NCBI GenBank assembly: GCA_963924565.1
Contig: OZ004609.1
Span: 26,102,001 to 26,166,000 of the forward strand
DNA: 64,000 bases
Reading direction: 5' to 3'
Source: Ascidiella aspersa
Taxonomy: Eukaryota
A program made the position numbers and the translations under genes. The notes under the pieces are model-generated. The model searched no databases. It saw only the letters and a program-made list of their open reading frames with translations, and was not told the DNA's origin. The stretch's first letter is position 1; each line of letters starts with the position of its first letter. Below, one piece after another: positions 24,001 to 37,200 of the stretch.

Positions 24001-27000
24001 GAAACTTGGAAACTTATAAAAATCACCGGTTATTAACACAAATAGGCAGGCAGGCAACCGTGGGACTTGATTGCAATAATGTTAAGGTATTTACTCGGGG
24101 TTATGTCTTGCAATAATGTTAAGTCGGGGTTATATCAAGTTATAATTGTTATGGATTATAATGATAAAAATGATCCCCGCATTTTTTTTTCTTGGTGCGC
24201 CACAAGCTAAAAGGTTAGTAAAACGACTGATTTAGAGTATTCAACACGGGATCAAGGCATTAATGTCACAGTTCCTAGTCTTAAAAAACAAAACATTTCG
24301 TTAAAACTAAGCTACCACACTTTACGCGTGTGAAAGGCTTTATATTTAATAAAAATATAGTAAAAAGTTCTAAAATGGTTTCAAAGACATCGACATAATT
24401 ATGCTGATCGCACATCAGTCCCGACAGTTATGCCTTGGCATAAACCAATCAAATTCGAAACCCAGTTACGCGGACACACACCACATATAACGCACATGAA
24501 GCCCATTTTGTATATGCACAGTTTGCCTACCACCGTCGTCGTTGTGCTGCGAGTCGTCGTCATCACCGTCTTCCTTCTTGTCCTGCTGAGAGCCGCCCGA
24601 GCTCTCGTTTGAGCGGTTCTTGGGCACCCACGTCATCTTGTTCTCCTTCTTAAGGCGACGCCGGGCGTTGGCAAACCAGGTCGACACCTTAAAAATATCG
24701 AGATTTAAAGCTCGGTGTCTGTTTGACGTTTACCTGGCCGACTTTGCCGTGTTTGCTAGTGACCTAACAAAAGGCAATGTAAGGTAAACGGAGCTATGGC
24801 TAAAGCTTATAGCTGCTATTTTAAAATTCGAACGTAGGCTGGCAACTATTGTGTGAGGTGATCGCGTCCTTCAATATAAGAGTTGTCTCTGACCTCTTGC
24901 CACAAGTTTTTATTGAGAAATGGCACGAATCAAGGTGGGTGAAGAGTTTAAAGTGGCAAATTGCTGGAGAACTGCACATCCAACGAAAAGCGGGTGGCGA
25001 AGTAACTCGAAATAAGACTTGGTGGAAATTACGTCTTTCAGTTATCTGAATCATCGTAAAAAGGTGTGAATGTGAACTTGTATCAAATAATAAATTACGT
25101 CTAAAGATATTTCAAAGTGTATTTTTTGTTACAAGGTAATGCTGTGATTTGTTACTGTACATGTTTTAACGTTTGGACGACAAAACAAAACAAAATCAAA
25201 CACAGCCCATCCCGATTAAATTTTGAAAACGGGACAATACATCTGGAAATATGCAAGGTCCATTGAGATTATATGAATGGATGTATGTTTATTTATGGAA
25301 ACCGAAATATTGACAACAAAAAAAGATTTATGTTTTTTTGGTTTTGTACGTTTTCTTTACTTATGAATATTAAAAAAAAACACAAACGTTCGTTTTTATC
25401 TGCCTATATATGTCGCCCTGACATAAACTCTTTAGACAAGGGACAGGGGAAAACAAATCTCCCTTTATTTATTTTTCACCTGGGTAAGAGTCATCTTGGT
25501 AATGATGGCGAGCATGATCTTTTCTCCCTTGGTTGGATAGGGGTTCTTCTTGTGCTCTTGCAGCCAGGTCTTGAGCGTGTTGGTCGACTCCCTGGTTGCG
25601 TTTTTCCTTCGCACCCCATCGTTCATGTCCATGCTGCAGTACCTATGGTAAACAACCGTTTGTGTACTGTGCGTTTGTAAAGAACCTAGTTGGGAACAAA
25701 CTAACGTGATATACGCGCGGCGTTGATGCGATTGTGTCGCTCTATAGTCCGAGTTAAATTAGTTAGGCGATGATCAGTCCCTTACGAGGTTTCGAGCGGT
25801 TTTCGCCTGCGGTGGCGCCTGTCAAACGAGCAGATTTGCATTTAGGTTTTGTATCAACAGAAACTCAGCTGTGAGGAAGGGCTTAAACGTGGGCCAGAGG
25901 CGGCTTTGTTCAGGAATTCGGTTTATTTACGATTGAGCGGTGGCTATTTCGGGATTTTGAGCGAACCAATTTGGCGTACACTTTAAAAGTCGTTCCGAGA
26001 AGAGCGAAAAACAAAAAAACATATTTTCAACCTCGATCTGCTCTTCGACAAAATTAACTCGAAAACTCACGAATTAGGCGCACAAATCAAAGGCGGTGGC
26101 CTCCAGGTGTGCTACAAATACCGATTAATCGGCGCGGTACGCTTTAAATTAACGTGGTCGCGTGAACGTGCGGCTGTTTTCAAGTACCGCGCCGCGGAAC
26201 TGGGCATACCTCAAAAGGTCTTCTCCTGGACTCAACATGGCTCGGCGCGCATATAAACACGAACACCCTAAGCGTAAGGTTATAACATAGGACGCAGCTA
26301 TAGGCTTTGGGTTTTCGCAGACGCGAGGATCGTCATTCGACAGCCTGTAACAAACGAAGCTTGTCTGCGTGAGGGTATGTCCGTCCGTGTCGTCGTGCGC
26401 AATCGAAATGGTAAATCCGAATACTTGCGCCACCTGAGCCGCCGCCGCTCCCCACGGCCACACAACAGCGGCGTCGGATTGTCAATAAAACGGCAGTGGT
26501 AGCAGCGGCAGCAATCAGGGATTGCCGTCAGTCAGCTATCGAGCTGCAGTGACATCACAACGGGTAATCGGATTTGGCCCGCCACACCCGACTCGCCAAG
26601 GCGCAACGGTATCGAACGACGTAAACATTTTTGGGTGTGCTCCGCGACGTGATCTCAAGGCGTTTTTATAGGCCAGGTTTGCCTTTTCGCTGGTACACTA
26701 TGCCTGCTACTAGTTTGCTTAATTGTCCTTTAGAGACCAACTGCTTGCCTTAGATTAGTGGTCTGTAAACATTTTTGTTCCGTCTCTATATTTATTAAAA
26801 TTCGGTTTGCGGCTCGTCACCTATACTGAAATGATTCGTCAACGTTTTACAGTGGCTGTAAAGGTATTCACGATTCTTTTAGCTTTAACAATGCTACACA
26901 AAAATAGATAAAACATTTTTTACTTAATTTTAGGAGTACTTTAACGCTACATAAGTTGTAAATTTCTTTGTTATGCCACTGTGGCTCACTGACCTCGTGA

Positions 27001-30000
27001 CTCATTTGAGCTGAGTTGGAATGAGGTTTCGATAAGGCGATTTTTTCTGTTTGGATTTTAACCCCGATCCTCTGGCCCCCAAGTTATGAACGGATTGGTA
27101 ACGAGCACAGTAAAGAAAGTGAACGGGTTGCGTGAGTTCGAAGCTGCTTACGTAACAACCGGTGCTTTTAGATAGCAACGCGGCTGACCTTTTAAAATTT
27201 ATCGGCGCGGGTTGAGCGCTTTTGTAAATACAAAAATTCCCTATCGCGAAATCGGTCGCAGTTCCGCGAATTTATTAAATTGCCAAGGCGCATTGGTTTA
27301 TGCTGTAGATTCGCGTGCATACATAGGTTCCTGATAATCGCGCGTGTCGTTCGAGGCTATAGTCGCGCATTCCACTGCAAAGTGCGGCCGGACTTTTTCG
27401 CGTTCGGAACGTAATCGCTTTCATGTAGTTCGATTTCGAAAACAAGCCACTTCAAGTCGAATTTTCGAATTTGCGCCCGGGTGTGTTTCTTAGCACTATA
27501 CGCAATTCGTCTCACCTGGCCATTTCGTAGCCGCACGCCTTTCACCAGCTCGCCCGTGCTGTTTTTATTCTATTTTTAGGACTCGGTGGGCGATAAAAGT
27601 AGCAGCGGGCGCCGCTCCGGCTCAGAACCCCGGATCGGGTGCAAAACAAAAACGCCTGGTAACGATGAGGGGGCAAAATATCGCCATGAAAAACCTGGAC
27701 GTGACGTCCATATGCGCGGGTCAGCGTTGAGTTTGCAGCGCGCCAGATTGACAACACGGCTTTTGGCACGGACGCCGGGCCCGCTTGCTGGCACAACAAA
27801 CAGGCAAGCCTATAGCTGAATGCGATCAGGTCGGGCTCGACAGGCCCGGCTGCGAAACGGGGAAAATCGCGCGTGTGCGGCCAGATTATCGCTCGGCGCA
27901 TTCTTTGTCCAATGCGGTCGACTCTCTTCTCATGCGTCTTAAAAGACCTCGATGGCTCGGTGCGATTGCGTAACCGCCCGGGTCCGGGCTCGTTTCACAC
28001 GCGGCGCTGACGAACGCGAACCCACGCGCACCCCCGCGTTCCCTGGCAACGCCATCGCACCAGCAACCGATATAGACCGTGCGGGACTTTCTGCGGCGTC
28101 CTGGACGGGAGAAATACGCGCCGCGGCTGCAGCAGAGGCTGTCCTTGCAATTTTTGCTGTACGCATATATACGTGATGTTTGCGAACATCGGCTTTCCGC
28201 GAATCGCGCGGGAAGACCGCGATAGGAACAGTGTTCTCCAGTTGGTCACTCGATCGACCCGTTCGCGTCTTTGATGTCACACCGACAAGACTTCTAACTG
28301 TGGCGAGACTGATCCGTGGGGCGTACAAGCGGACACTAACCTATGTGATTTGGGATGCTGTGGCGCGTGAGTCATACCGGCGGCGTCGCATACCTGCCTC
28401 GCCTTACACACAACAAGCAAGCGGCAACTGTCTAACCCAGGGATGTCCGACCTGGTGCCCGCGCTGAAATTTTTGTGCGGCCCGCTAGTCATTTTAACTC
28501 CAAGAAGTATTTTGAGCTTTGATTATTGGCCTAATTAAAATGTATTAGTCAGCTTTTAGGGGCGCAGTAATAGTACATAATGTGTAAAAATATATATATA
28601 ACTATAAAGGCCCGATTACACTACCGCTGCGCTGAACTGAGCTGAGCAAAGCATAATTCGGTTCTGCGGCCCGTTGAATTATTTTAAGTGACAATCCGGC
28701 CCACTATAATAAAAGATTGGACATCCCTGGTCTAATCAAAACCGAGACTACGCAGACAGTCGCAATCACACCGCCATTTTGTGTCTACCAGTCGGTGGGT
28801 CGGCAGCATCGATATGTAGTTACACGCTTGCGCACACATGCGCGACACAAACGCCATCGCTTATCGCGCCACAGGTATAGGCGACCAACGCGACGCGCGA
28901 CCTGCGCATCATGGAAACAAAGCGGGCCACTGTTTTCGACGTTTTGCTTACCTGTCGTAAGGGTACTGGGGTCCGAACGTGTTGTCGTAGGGGTAATAAC
29001 CGGGCGGGGGCTGGGGGTAAGCGCCCGTCCACATCTCGCCGCCGGCGGGCTTCATGTCGTAGCTCGGGCCCTGAAAAAACAAAAAGGCATTTTAAGCGCG
29101 CTACTCTTCCATTGTGGTCAATGCCTTTAAGTCAGCTTGTTATTAAGTTAAAAATACCTGCGTGAATAATTGTTCTGCTTATTCGTATATGGTTATCAAA
29201 TAAATTACGTTCATGCAAGCAGCGGAAATTGTGATGTCGTGGCAATTAAAGGACAGTGCTCATTAACACGAATAAATATGCTTGCGACGTTTAACAAACG
29301 CATATAGCATTGTCAGCCAACGATAGGAAACCAAAAGGCATATACAGAGGGTCAAATATAAAGGGGGATGTGTAACTAAAGATGCGCTGGGGTTCCCGGC
29401 ATCAGAGCCCACGATTTTTACAGAAACTGGCAGGTAGAGGCCGCGAATGGTACTTACACGGTATGCAGCGTGCAATGGCCGAACGATCTGCGGCCGCCCT
29501 GGTGCCATTGCTATGAGGGCCGCCGTTGCAAAAAGGCTCGCTTTTCCCCATAACGGTAAGCAAACACCACAATGGTGAAAACGGCAACAATGCCCGCGCG
29601 TCCGGAAGGGCCCATATATGCGGCCCATTGAGCCGCGCGACAACGCCGACCAACACACACAAACCTTGTCGATACGGGGTCGCTATGACGCCCTGCACGA
29701 GCCGACGAGCCGTCCATGTGCATTCGATGGTCGGATTTTATTCACGTGTTAAACGCGCTGCTAAATGCTGACTGTTGACTTCGGCGTATGCCGCCCGGTC
29801 AAACCCAGGGAAAGTGGGAAAAAACTATTGGTTCAGTGGGCTGGGTTTGAAGTAGCCAGCACTTTGTTTCCATTGTTTTTATGCGAGTCATTTAAACTAG
29901 CCATGGTGTTAAATCAAAAGCCACTAAATTATTGTAAAAATGGTGCATGGCGTACGATTATAATGTACCGCGTCTCTAGATTTTATTACGTTGTCGTAGA

Positions 30001-33000
30001 AAACGCATTAAGTCCTAAAGCTCAACTTTTGTTTAGGGTACACGCATTATACCTCTCGATAGCTATTGGCCTGTAGGAGTCATATTCAGCGTTTTTTCGA
30101 CAACCTGTAAATCAGTGCAAATATTCGGCAATCGGTTCGAGCAAAATGGTGCCGAGCTTTGAAGTGGCCAGGCACACTGGTGATTACTTCACGCGCCCGT
30201 GGCCTACGCTCTTCTCCGGGCAGCTGAAACGAAAGCGCAAATTTTAAGCTGTGCGACAAAACTTTTTAATTGCCCGTTTGTCGCCAACGGGCCCGTGTTG
30301 CCCAAACTCACGTCACAAACTGATCGGGTGCTGTGCGAAAAACAAACTGGCCAGGAAATCTGTCGACGACACTTCTACGAAAGCGTTTGTGGGTCCGTAA
30401 TTACGCGATGTGTTTTCGCTCGTTGGAGGAGAGAAAAATGCTGATGCGAAGCGCAGATGTCGCATGCTGGTGCGCGCAATTCCTTATTTTCTCCAAAATT
30501 GTTTATCGTTGCGAGTGAGCTGTCGATAAACGAATGCGAGAATGAAGCGAGTTTCTCTGGATTTTCGAATCGGTATAAGTATGTATTGAAAAAAAGTGCG
30601 ATCTGCGTTGCTTTAATTTGTACAAGCAATGGTGGGCCGCCATCACAAAATCACAAGTTTACCCCCCAATAGTTTTTATTATTGAAATATTGAGATGTGT
30701 ACGGCTGTGATCTAGCTTCTCCAAATGTGCCTTATGTTGCATATTAAACAAACAGTCATTGGTTTTTAAACGCAGTCGCTATTGCAAAGCTGCAAATAGC
30801 ATCCAGATTCCAGGCAGGATAATGGCGTTAACTGCATTAAACTGCGCAGAGCCCCTTGTTTGCGAGGAAGCAACGATTTATTAGGGAAATTAGCAATTAC
30901 CCCGAACCCGGTCCCGTTCGAAAGTAAGTCGTTTAGGCGAACAATGCCCGGGCAGCAATCGACCGGCCGCAAATGGCCCAGTAATCGCAGCATTTGGACG
31001 CGGGTTGTTTTTTAATGGTTTATACGCTCGTTTACAACAAAAAGATTGGCGCCTGGGAGACACAGGTTAATTACGCCAGGCGATTTTCATCGGGGCGGGG
31101 ATTTTCTTGCTCGCATGTCCGACGGTCGAGTAAACGCGACAGGGAATAAACACACTTGAACAGGGGACGGTGGTTAGTCGTTTAAATTTCCCTGGAAAAA
31201 AACATTTAGGGAAGTGTAAACGCCTTACGTCATTCAACGGCAATGCGGGCAACTCTGTTTCTGTTTTCGATACAAGTTTAGAGCGATAAGTTTCCCTTAA
31301 ATGCGACAAACGGAGGATGTGTTAGCATTGTTGATAACCAGCTATAACAACGCAAACTTACACAGTCGCAATTGCGTTCTGCAGTCGATCATCGCTCGGC
31401 GGCAATTAGCGACTCGCTTGCCGGCCGCTGCGAAAAAATTTCCCGAAGTCTCGCCGATTACAGACAATTACGGGGTCGACTGACGCATGAAGTCGGGTAG
31501 TTTCCATGTCGCATTTTGCTCGCGACTTCTGGCAAGCGGCCGGTTCGAGGAAGCTCGCTTTCGAGGTTTTCCGCCGATTTCGCCACGCACATAAAAACGC
31601 CCCCGATAACTAGGACGTAAAAGCACACCAGAACAAAACTGAAAAAATCCGCCAATGATAGTGATGAGGTGTGCGTCGAAATTCCCCGTAAACGTCCTGT
31701 TAGCTTTCAACATGGTACATTTGAACTTTAGGGCAAAAGCCAGTTTGGTGGTTTTAATAACCGTTTAAACGTTTAAATTTGCGTTTGACCAGGGTATTGC
31801 TTTGCTCACAGCCTTGCATCATCTTGCTTGTTATTTTCCAAACAAATTATTTTGAAAACAATTTTAGTAGAAATATTTAAATTTGTAACCCCGATTATAA
31901 GTACAAATGTGTAAAGCTGGGCCATTTAAAAAAAACAAATTACGCTTTAACATTGTGGCAGTTAGTTTTGAAACCTGCAGCATCATAAGTTGTTTGCTTT
32001 CAAACGCGAATTTTGTTTAATTTTTATTTCCTCACTGGTAAGGTATAACTTGGGCATAGCAAACCCTTAATTTTTTCAATACACTTTCGTGTATAAGAGT
32101 AGCCTGATTGTAATCATAAGATTCGATCAGTAAACATGCGCAACATAAAATGTCCCATTGTCCCATGACTGTTACTAAAAACAAAAAATCCGCCCGGTGG
32201 CGTCAATGAGTAAGCCGAGCAGTCAGGCTGCTGGCCTTCGATTCAGTCGGCTATGGCTTAGCCCAGCTGGAATAAAATGCGCCTGAAGCTGTCCGCCTAG
32301 TCGTTTCTTTTTCGTATAAGATATAATTCTAGCAAGGGAAAGGTAACAATATTTCGCCCCGATTGTTGCGTTAGTTTTTTTAAAGCTCAAAAACCCGGGT
32401 CGAGAGTATCTGTTTTACAAAATACCAAATTTGTGCCAAAAACGCGAAAAACTAGCGGAAAAGCAGGGCTTGGCTTTTTGCAAAATGCCAAGTTGGACTA
32501 TCGCTCAAGCATTTTGCTGCGGTGCTGCTATATCGCCTTTGAAACGCCGACCTGAGATTATGCGCATTAACTCGACCGCAGTTCGGTTCTTATCACATAC
32601 CTCAGCCGTGCAAGCCGCCCTCTGACCCCTGCCTCGGGTTACGCGAGTTGTTTGACACCTTCCGCTTTATACACCTATACACCTTCCGCCCTCGTCGCGG
32701 CCAAACTGTTGCAATAATGCGGCCGTAGAAGTTCGGTTTAGCTAAAGCTTATAGCGCCAGCGTAAACGAGAAACCCTATAGCACTACTTTCCAACTGCAG
32801 GATCAAGTTGATCAAAGCACATCTCTACAACGAAGTATAGTGGTGGCATGCGACGTTCTACTGAAAACACATTAAATTGGCCAACAGCTTACCCATATAT
32901 GCGTTGTGGGCCTAAGGTGAAAGCTAAAACAGGGCGACCACAATTCAAAGCAATCCGCACCGTGCAATTTACAGCATAATTTTAAGCGAGCGCGTGTCGT

Positions 33001-34269
33001 GGACCGCGATAATTGATAGATTCAATCAGCTATCTGCTTTAAGCAATCGGTTGGTCGCCCCAAAATAAATCTCCCGCGAAAAGAGGGCGAATCAGAGTCT
33101 CCATTGAGGAGAGGTGTTGCAAAACGAGTAAAGCGCCGTTTCAAGTGGGTTGGAAAGCGTCAAATCAAGTGGCCGCGCCGAGGCCGAGTGCAAATTAAAT
33201 CTTTAAAAACACTTAGAAGAAACGAACCTGTAAGGTCAAATGTAGCCATTTTAAGGTTGTTGATTGCGCACACCTATGAAAAGGCAATGATGATTTCAAA
33301 ACACTTGTTATCCAGGTGAAGTATTTTCGCAGTTAAGAAATGTTAGAACTCGGTAAATTATTGACAGGGTTGTTATGGGATATACGTTTCCAAAAAAATG
33401 TATCAATTATTCTGACATGATTATTACCGCATACTGAGTGTCGTAAAAGGTTTATAAAAATAAACTATATAGACACGCTAGTAATTTTCACCTTTAAGTT
33501 TTACTGGAAGAACATCAAACGGCGATAAACCAGCCAATTATAACGCTTTTCGCTCGGCGGCCGAAAAAATTCTTAACCCAGCTTGGCCAAGGCAGCGCTT
33601 ACGAGACGACCGGAGCGGCGCCCGAGATGAAACGAGTGCCGGCGGCGCGTGGGAAGCAAGCTGATCAAAATGAATCATTAACAAGAAGCCGCATAAAAAT
33701 TCATCAGCGGCCCGCTGCCGAGATCGCGAGTCCCGGGATCCACACACACGCTTGCCAGCTCGCTATCTCGGCGCGCATTAATTATATTGCGCTGTAATTG
33801 CCGCCTGTCGCGGTCGCTAACGCGCTTGTCGCGAGACGCGCCGCGGCGGCCGGCGCCATTTTACAGCGCGCGAAAGCAGCGACAACAATGTAACGCAACT
33901 CACCAGCGCCGAGTAGTAGGGCGAGTGCTCGATTCCAGCCGATCCGTAGTGCGGGGTGATGAGTCCCGGCGCCGTGGCCACAGCCCCGGGCATGGCGCCG
34001 TAGTTAGTTGGCGACGCCAGTGCCGACGATCCGGCCTGCGCGCCGTACATGTTGAGGCCCGACAATTCCGATTGCATTCTGCCGGGAATCAGGCACCCGT
34101 CGGCGGCGGGATACGAGAAGACGGCCTGGGGTCCGTTGACCGCGCCCGCGTTGCTCGATCCGCTCACGGTAGCCACTATCGACGGCGAGCTTCCCGTTGA
34201 ATCAGCGAAATAGGCCGTCTTGTGGTTGTCGTTAGGTCCAAGACCAACCGGCTGCGGGATAAGCATCAT
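15011..34269 (-). CDS. Irx: Iroquois-class TALE homeobox transcription factor (Irx4/6-like), 7 exons, ~730 aa
   Basis: Minus-strand exons 34269-33904, 29070-28952, 25642-25480, 24687-24531, 22362-21076, 19397-19346, 15059-15011 total 2193 nt in consistent phase. Homeodomain [44 protein letters not shown]|[20 protein letters not shown] has the conserved TQ|VS intron. [18 protein letters not shown] precedes it as in vertebrate Irx4/6, and an acidic tract follows it. The last two exons are less certain. Confidence 0.93.
19346..19397 (-). CDS. Irx: Irx exon 6 (52-nt small exon)
   Basis: ttttgtttactcgcgcag|GG TCG CCG...CCC AA|gtaagt; phase 1 in, phase 2 out. Confidence 0.65.
21076..22362 (-). CDS. 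Irx: Irx exon 5 (large P/G/S/Y-rich exon)
   Basis: aaacag|AC AAA TCG...TTT TCA A|gtaagt; GC-rich codon usage, overlaps the 436-aa ORF. Confidence 0.9.
24531..24687 (-). CDS. Irx: Irx exon 4 (homeodomain helix 3 and acidic tract)
   Basis: tttaag|GTG TCG ACC TGG TTT GCC AAC...GGT G|gtaggc. Confidence 0.97.
25480..25642 (-). CDS. Irx: Irx exon 3 (homeodomain helices 1-2)
   Basis: ccatag|G TAC...ACC CAG|gtgaaa; this frame is not in the ORF track. Confidence 0.97.
28438..28729. mobile_element. hAT-superfamily MITE in Irx intron 2
   Basis: TIR cagggatgtcc/ggacatccctg, subterminal gcggcccg motifs, 8-bp TSD gtctaacc/gtctaatc (7/8 match). Confidence 0.85.
28952..29070 (-). CDS. Irx: Irx exon 2
   Basis: tttcag|GGC CCG AGC TAC GAC ATG AAG...GAC AG|gtaagc; GPSYDMK..GYYPYD..QYPYDR. 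Confidence 0.92.
33904..34269 (-). CDS. Irx: Irx exon 1
   Basis: MMLIPQ...[10 protein letters not shown]...SPYYSAL|gtgagt; Irx-like N-terminus. Confidence 0.85.
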
Positions 34270-37200
34270 AGGTAAGGTTTAGGTTGGCGCAGCTGAACTG
34301 CTTATCCGAGTGAAAATTGCATAAAAATTCGCTTTCAAAATTGGCGAAACTAGGCGGTTTCTTTGTCTGACAGCTTTAGCGAGCGCTAGTTTTTCCTGAA
34401 AAGCAACAACAAATAGATCAATTAAAAACCTGATTGCGAGCTCGACAAATGGACCTGCGCCCTCCGCTCCATATTAGATTCGATTGAAAATCGACGCGAA
34501 CCATCTCATACGGGCATTGCTCTCGCGCCGGAAAACGAAAAAAGGTTGGGCTTTGGCTCACTGCAAAAAAGAAAAAGGAGCGGAGCGGCGTTTCGCTCAC
34601 TCTCGCTCGCACCCTTTCTCTTTCTTTCCCGCTGGACAAATCGTAGACTTGTAAAATGGGTCGTCGCAACCGCTTAAAACCGTATTTAAACGTGTTTGTT
34701 GATTATACACCGAGTGGAAGCCCAGCATTTTGGTGCCTTCTATTTTCAGACTGATATAAGGTCGCTTGAGCCGGGGTTTGAATGGTGTTTAAAAAATTGA
34801 AAAATGTCCCAAAAATTGTACCTGCATTTCTTTTATATCAAATTTTAGAAAGTGATGAGAACAGTAAACGTGATCGGCAAACTCCAAGCTAACGTGAACA
34901 CCTTTGTTTTCATATAAACAAACATTTTTTTCTTAATGCCAGTCTCCTATTCGTACATTTCCTGTTCCTTATTATTGTTTTACTGTTTTCCTCTGGCACA
35001 TCCCAAACCACTGTAGATATAAATTGTACTAGCGTTTATATTAACGGTGTGATGTGCGAAATACAGTGTGATAAGAAATGCAAAACGCCAAGTAGCGCGT
35101 ACTACACACCAACGCGAGTGGCTTGGGCGTGTCCACAAATTTACCAGCTTTCTCGCTATCTACAGGTTCTTTTATATCTTACGCATGGATTGTAAACATA
35201 GGTCCTTGACCTTGGCATCTTATGGGACTTTCTACCTGAGGTTTGAATCTCGAACACAGGGCCGTTACCATTGAGTCTAGTATTGCCAGTGACGTGGGGC
35301 AATGTAAACGTAAATGTTCAACAGAGGCCGCTAAACGTTTGAACTACACCACGTCCAGAGGTGAAACACGGTATCCCTAAAACGTGCCTTGTGCGAGGGA
35401 CAAGTGTCTTACCTACGTGTCACAGCGCATGTTTCTGAATTATCACGCCTCTATTAATTGTAAGAAATAAAACTGTGGAGAAAGTAGCACTATTCAACAG
35501 ATTTGTGCAAATTAGAAACCGCTAAGTTTTCCATGGCCAATTTTCAGGAACCTGGCGTCGGTAATTTCCGGTTTGCCGGGCCAGTAATCGCTCGTCGTAG
35601 CGACGCCGCAGAGTGACGGGGCTTAACGAGACGCACCGCGGCCTTCGCAACAGTAGACGTATGATTAAAACAGTCGTATACCAACATAGAGGAGTTTGAC
35701 TGGCGGCGGGGCGTTTAAACGCGTCGCATTAAATTGAAACAAGCAGAAGGCAACGGCGGTTTCCTATCTCGCTGGGCCAAACGCGGAATCCACCTTCGCA
35801 AAGTGCCGGGCCTAACGACCGGGTGTCACGCCGAACCCGTTGTTCTTTGCGGCTTGGGCAGGCCGTTATTAACGCGACCACAGTCGCAAAGAAAATCGCC
35901 CTTCTGCGGTGGCGCGTATTCTTCTAATCGTTCGGGCCCGGCCAGTCGGCACTTGACTTGTAGCAGCTTTCCTAGCGGTCCCAGAAAGCCGCCCATTGCT
36001 GCTGATCCCTGCCAGTGCTGTGACGCACGTGCGAAGCCGCCAAGGCCCTAGATCTTTCCCGTGGCTTCGAAGAAATTGCCGCCCCGCGAGTTTTCACGGT
36101 AACGCGTGACGATTTACGAGGCTTTCGAGAATTTCCAAAAGCCTTTTGATGCATATCTTTGGCAGCTGATTGTGTTTCAACAAGCAAAGAGCACCATGGG
36201 ACACGTACAGTTTTCCTTTAGTTAATTTTTTGGCTGTTTTAACCCTTTTTTTACTGTACCGTGTAATTCTACTCAACCCAATTCAAAAAGTAAACAAAAC
36301 CTAAAAAAAATCTGCACGTTAAGTATAGACGGCGCCTATAGACGGTTACTACATAGTTATAATCGATTCAAGTTTAAATTTAGATTCAAGAGACCGTTTA
36401 TATTATGAAGAACAACACACTGATTACAAAACGATCGTTGTTGTGTGTCAGTAGCTTCAGCTAGAGGAGTGCCTGCAATGTTATGTTAGGCCTCACGCAC
36501 ATTTGATCCAACTTTGGTTTGTCCTTATCGTGAAATCAAAACATAAAACAAGTCCTTTAAATTTCAGTTTTGTATCGAAACGCGCGTTTTTGTTTTGCCT
36601 GGCCTGCTTCGCTCGCCAAGCCATGTGCATACGGCGATTTTTCTCGCAGCGTATGATTTGGACTTGCGATAGCGCCCTCCTTTACTAAACACTGGTGCGA
36701 TAACGCGACGCTAATGCACATGACCGTGCCGAAAACGCCCGGTTCCTCAAGTTCTTGGGGTCGCGATTAGCGGCAGTTAGCCAAGGCATTAGCGGCACGC
36801 TGCATTAACGCGCTTTGCTTTAAAGGGCACCGGCATATTAATAGCTCGTCGCTGTTTTCGAAGAAACATTGCCATTACGGCTTCGTGACGAACGCGTCGC
36901 ATCGGTCCGCCATTTTTCCGGCGCCAACTAATCGCCGCCAGCCACGATTTTGTTGATTAAAACGAATTTTGCATCTCTATACAGCCTGTTTGTTTGGACG
37001 GCGTGGCCGCTCGGGGTTCGCTGTTCTATTATTGGAATCCCTGAGATAGTTTGGTCACCTTATTTACTCCGCTATCAGGTATCGGAGCTTATTTTAATTT
37101 ATTATTGTAATTATTATTACATGCAGGAAATTTGCAGTTTGTATCTTAGTTTTTCTTGATAACGGGTAAAACATATTTGTTTAATAATTTTGAACAAACG

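Noticed and set aside
28990-29017. Four G-tracts forming a potential G-quadruplex on the plus strand
   Set aside because: Explained by Pro codons ([10 protein letters not shown]) of Irx exon 2 on the opposite strand.
35225-35275. B-box-like ggtttgaatc suggesting a tRNA or SINE
   Set aside because: No A box or cloverleaf could be built.
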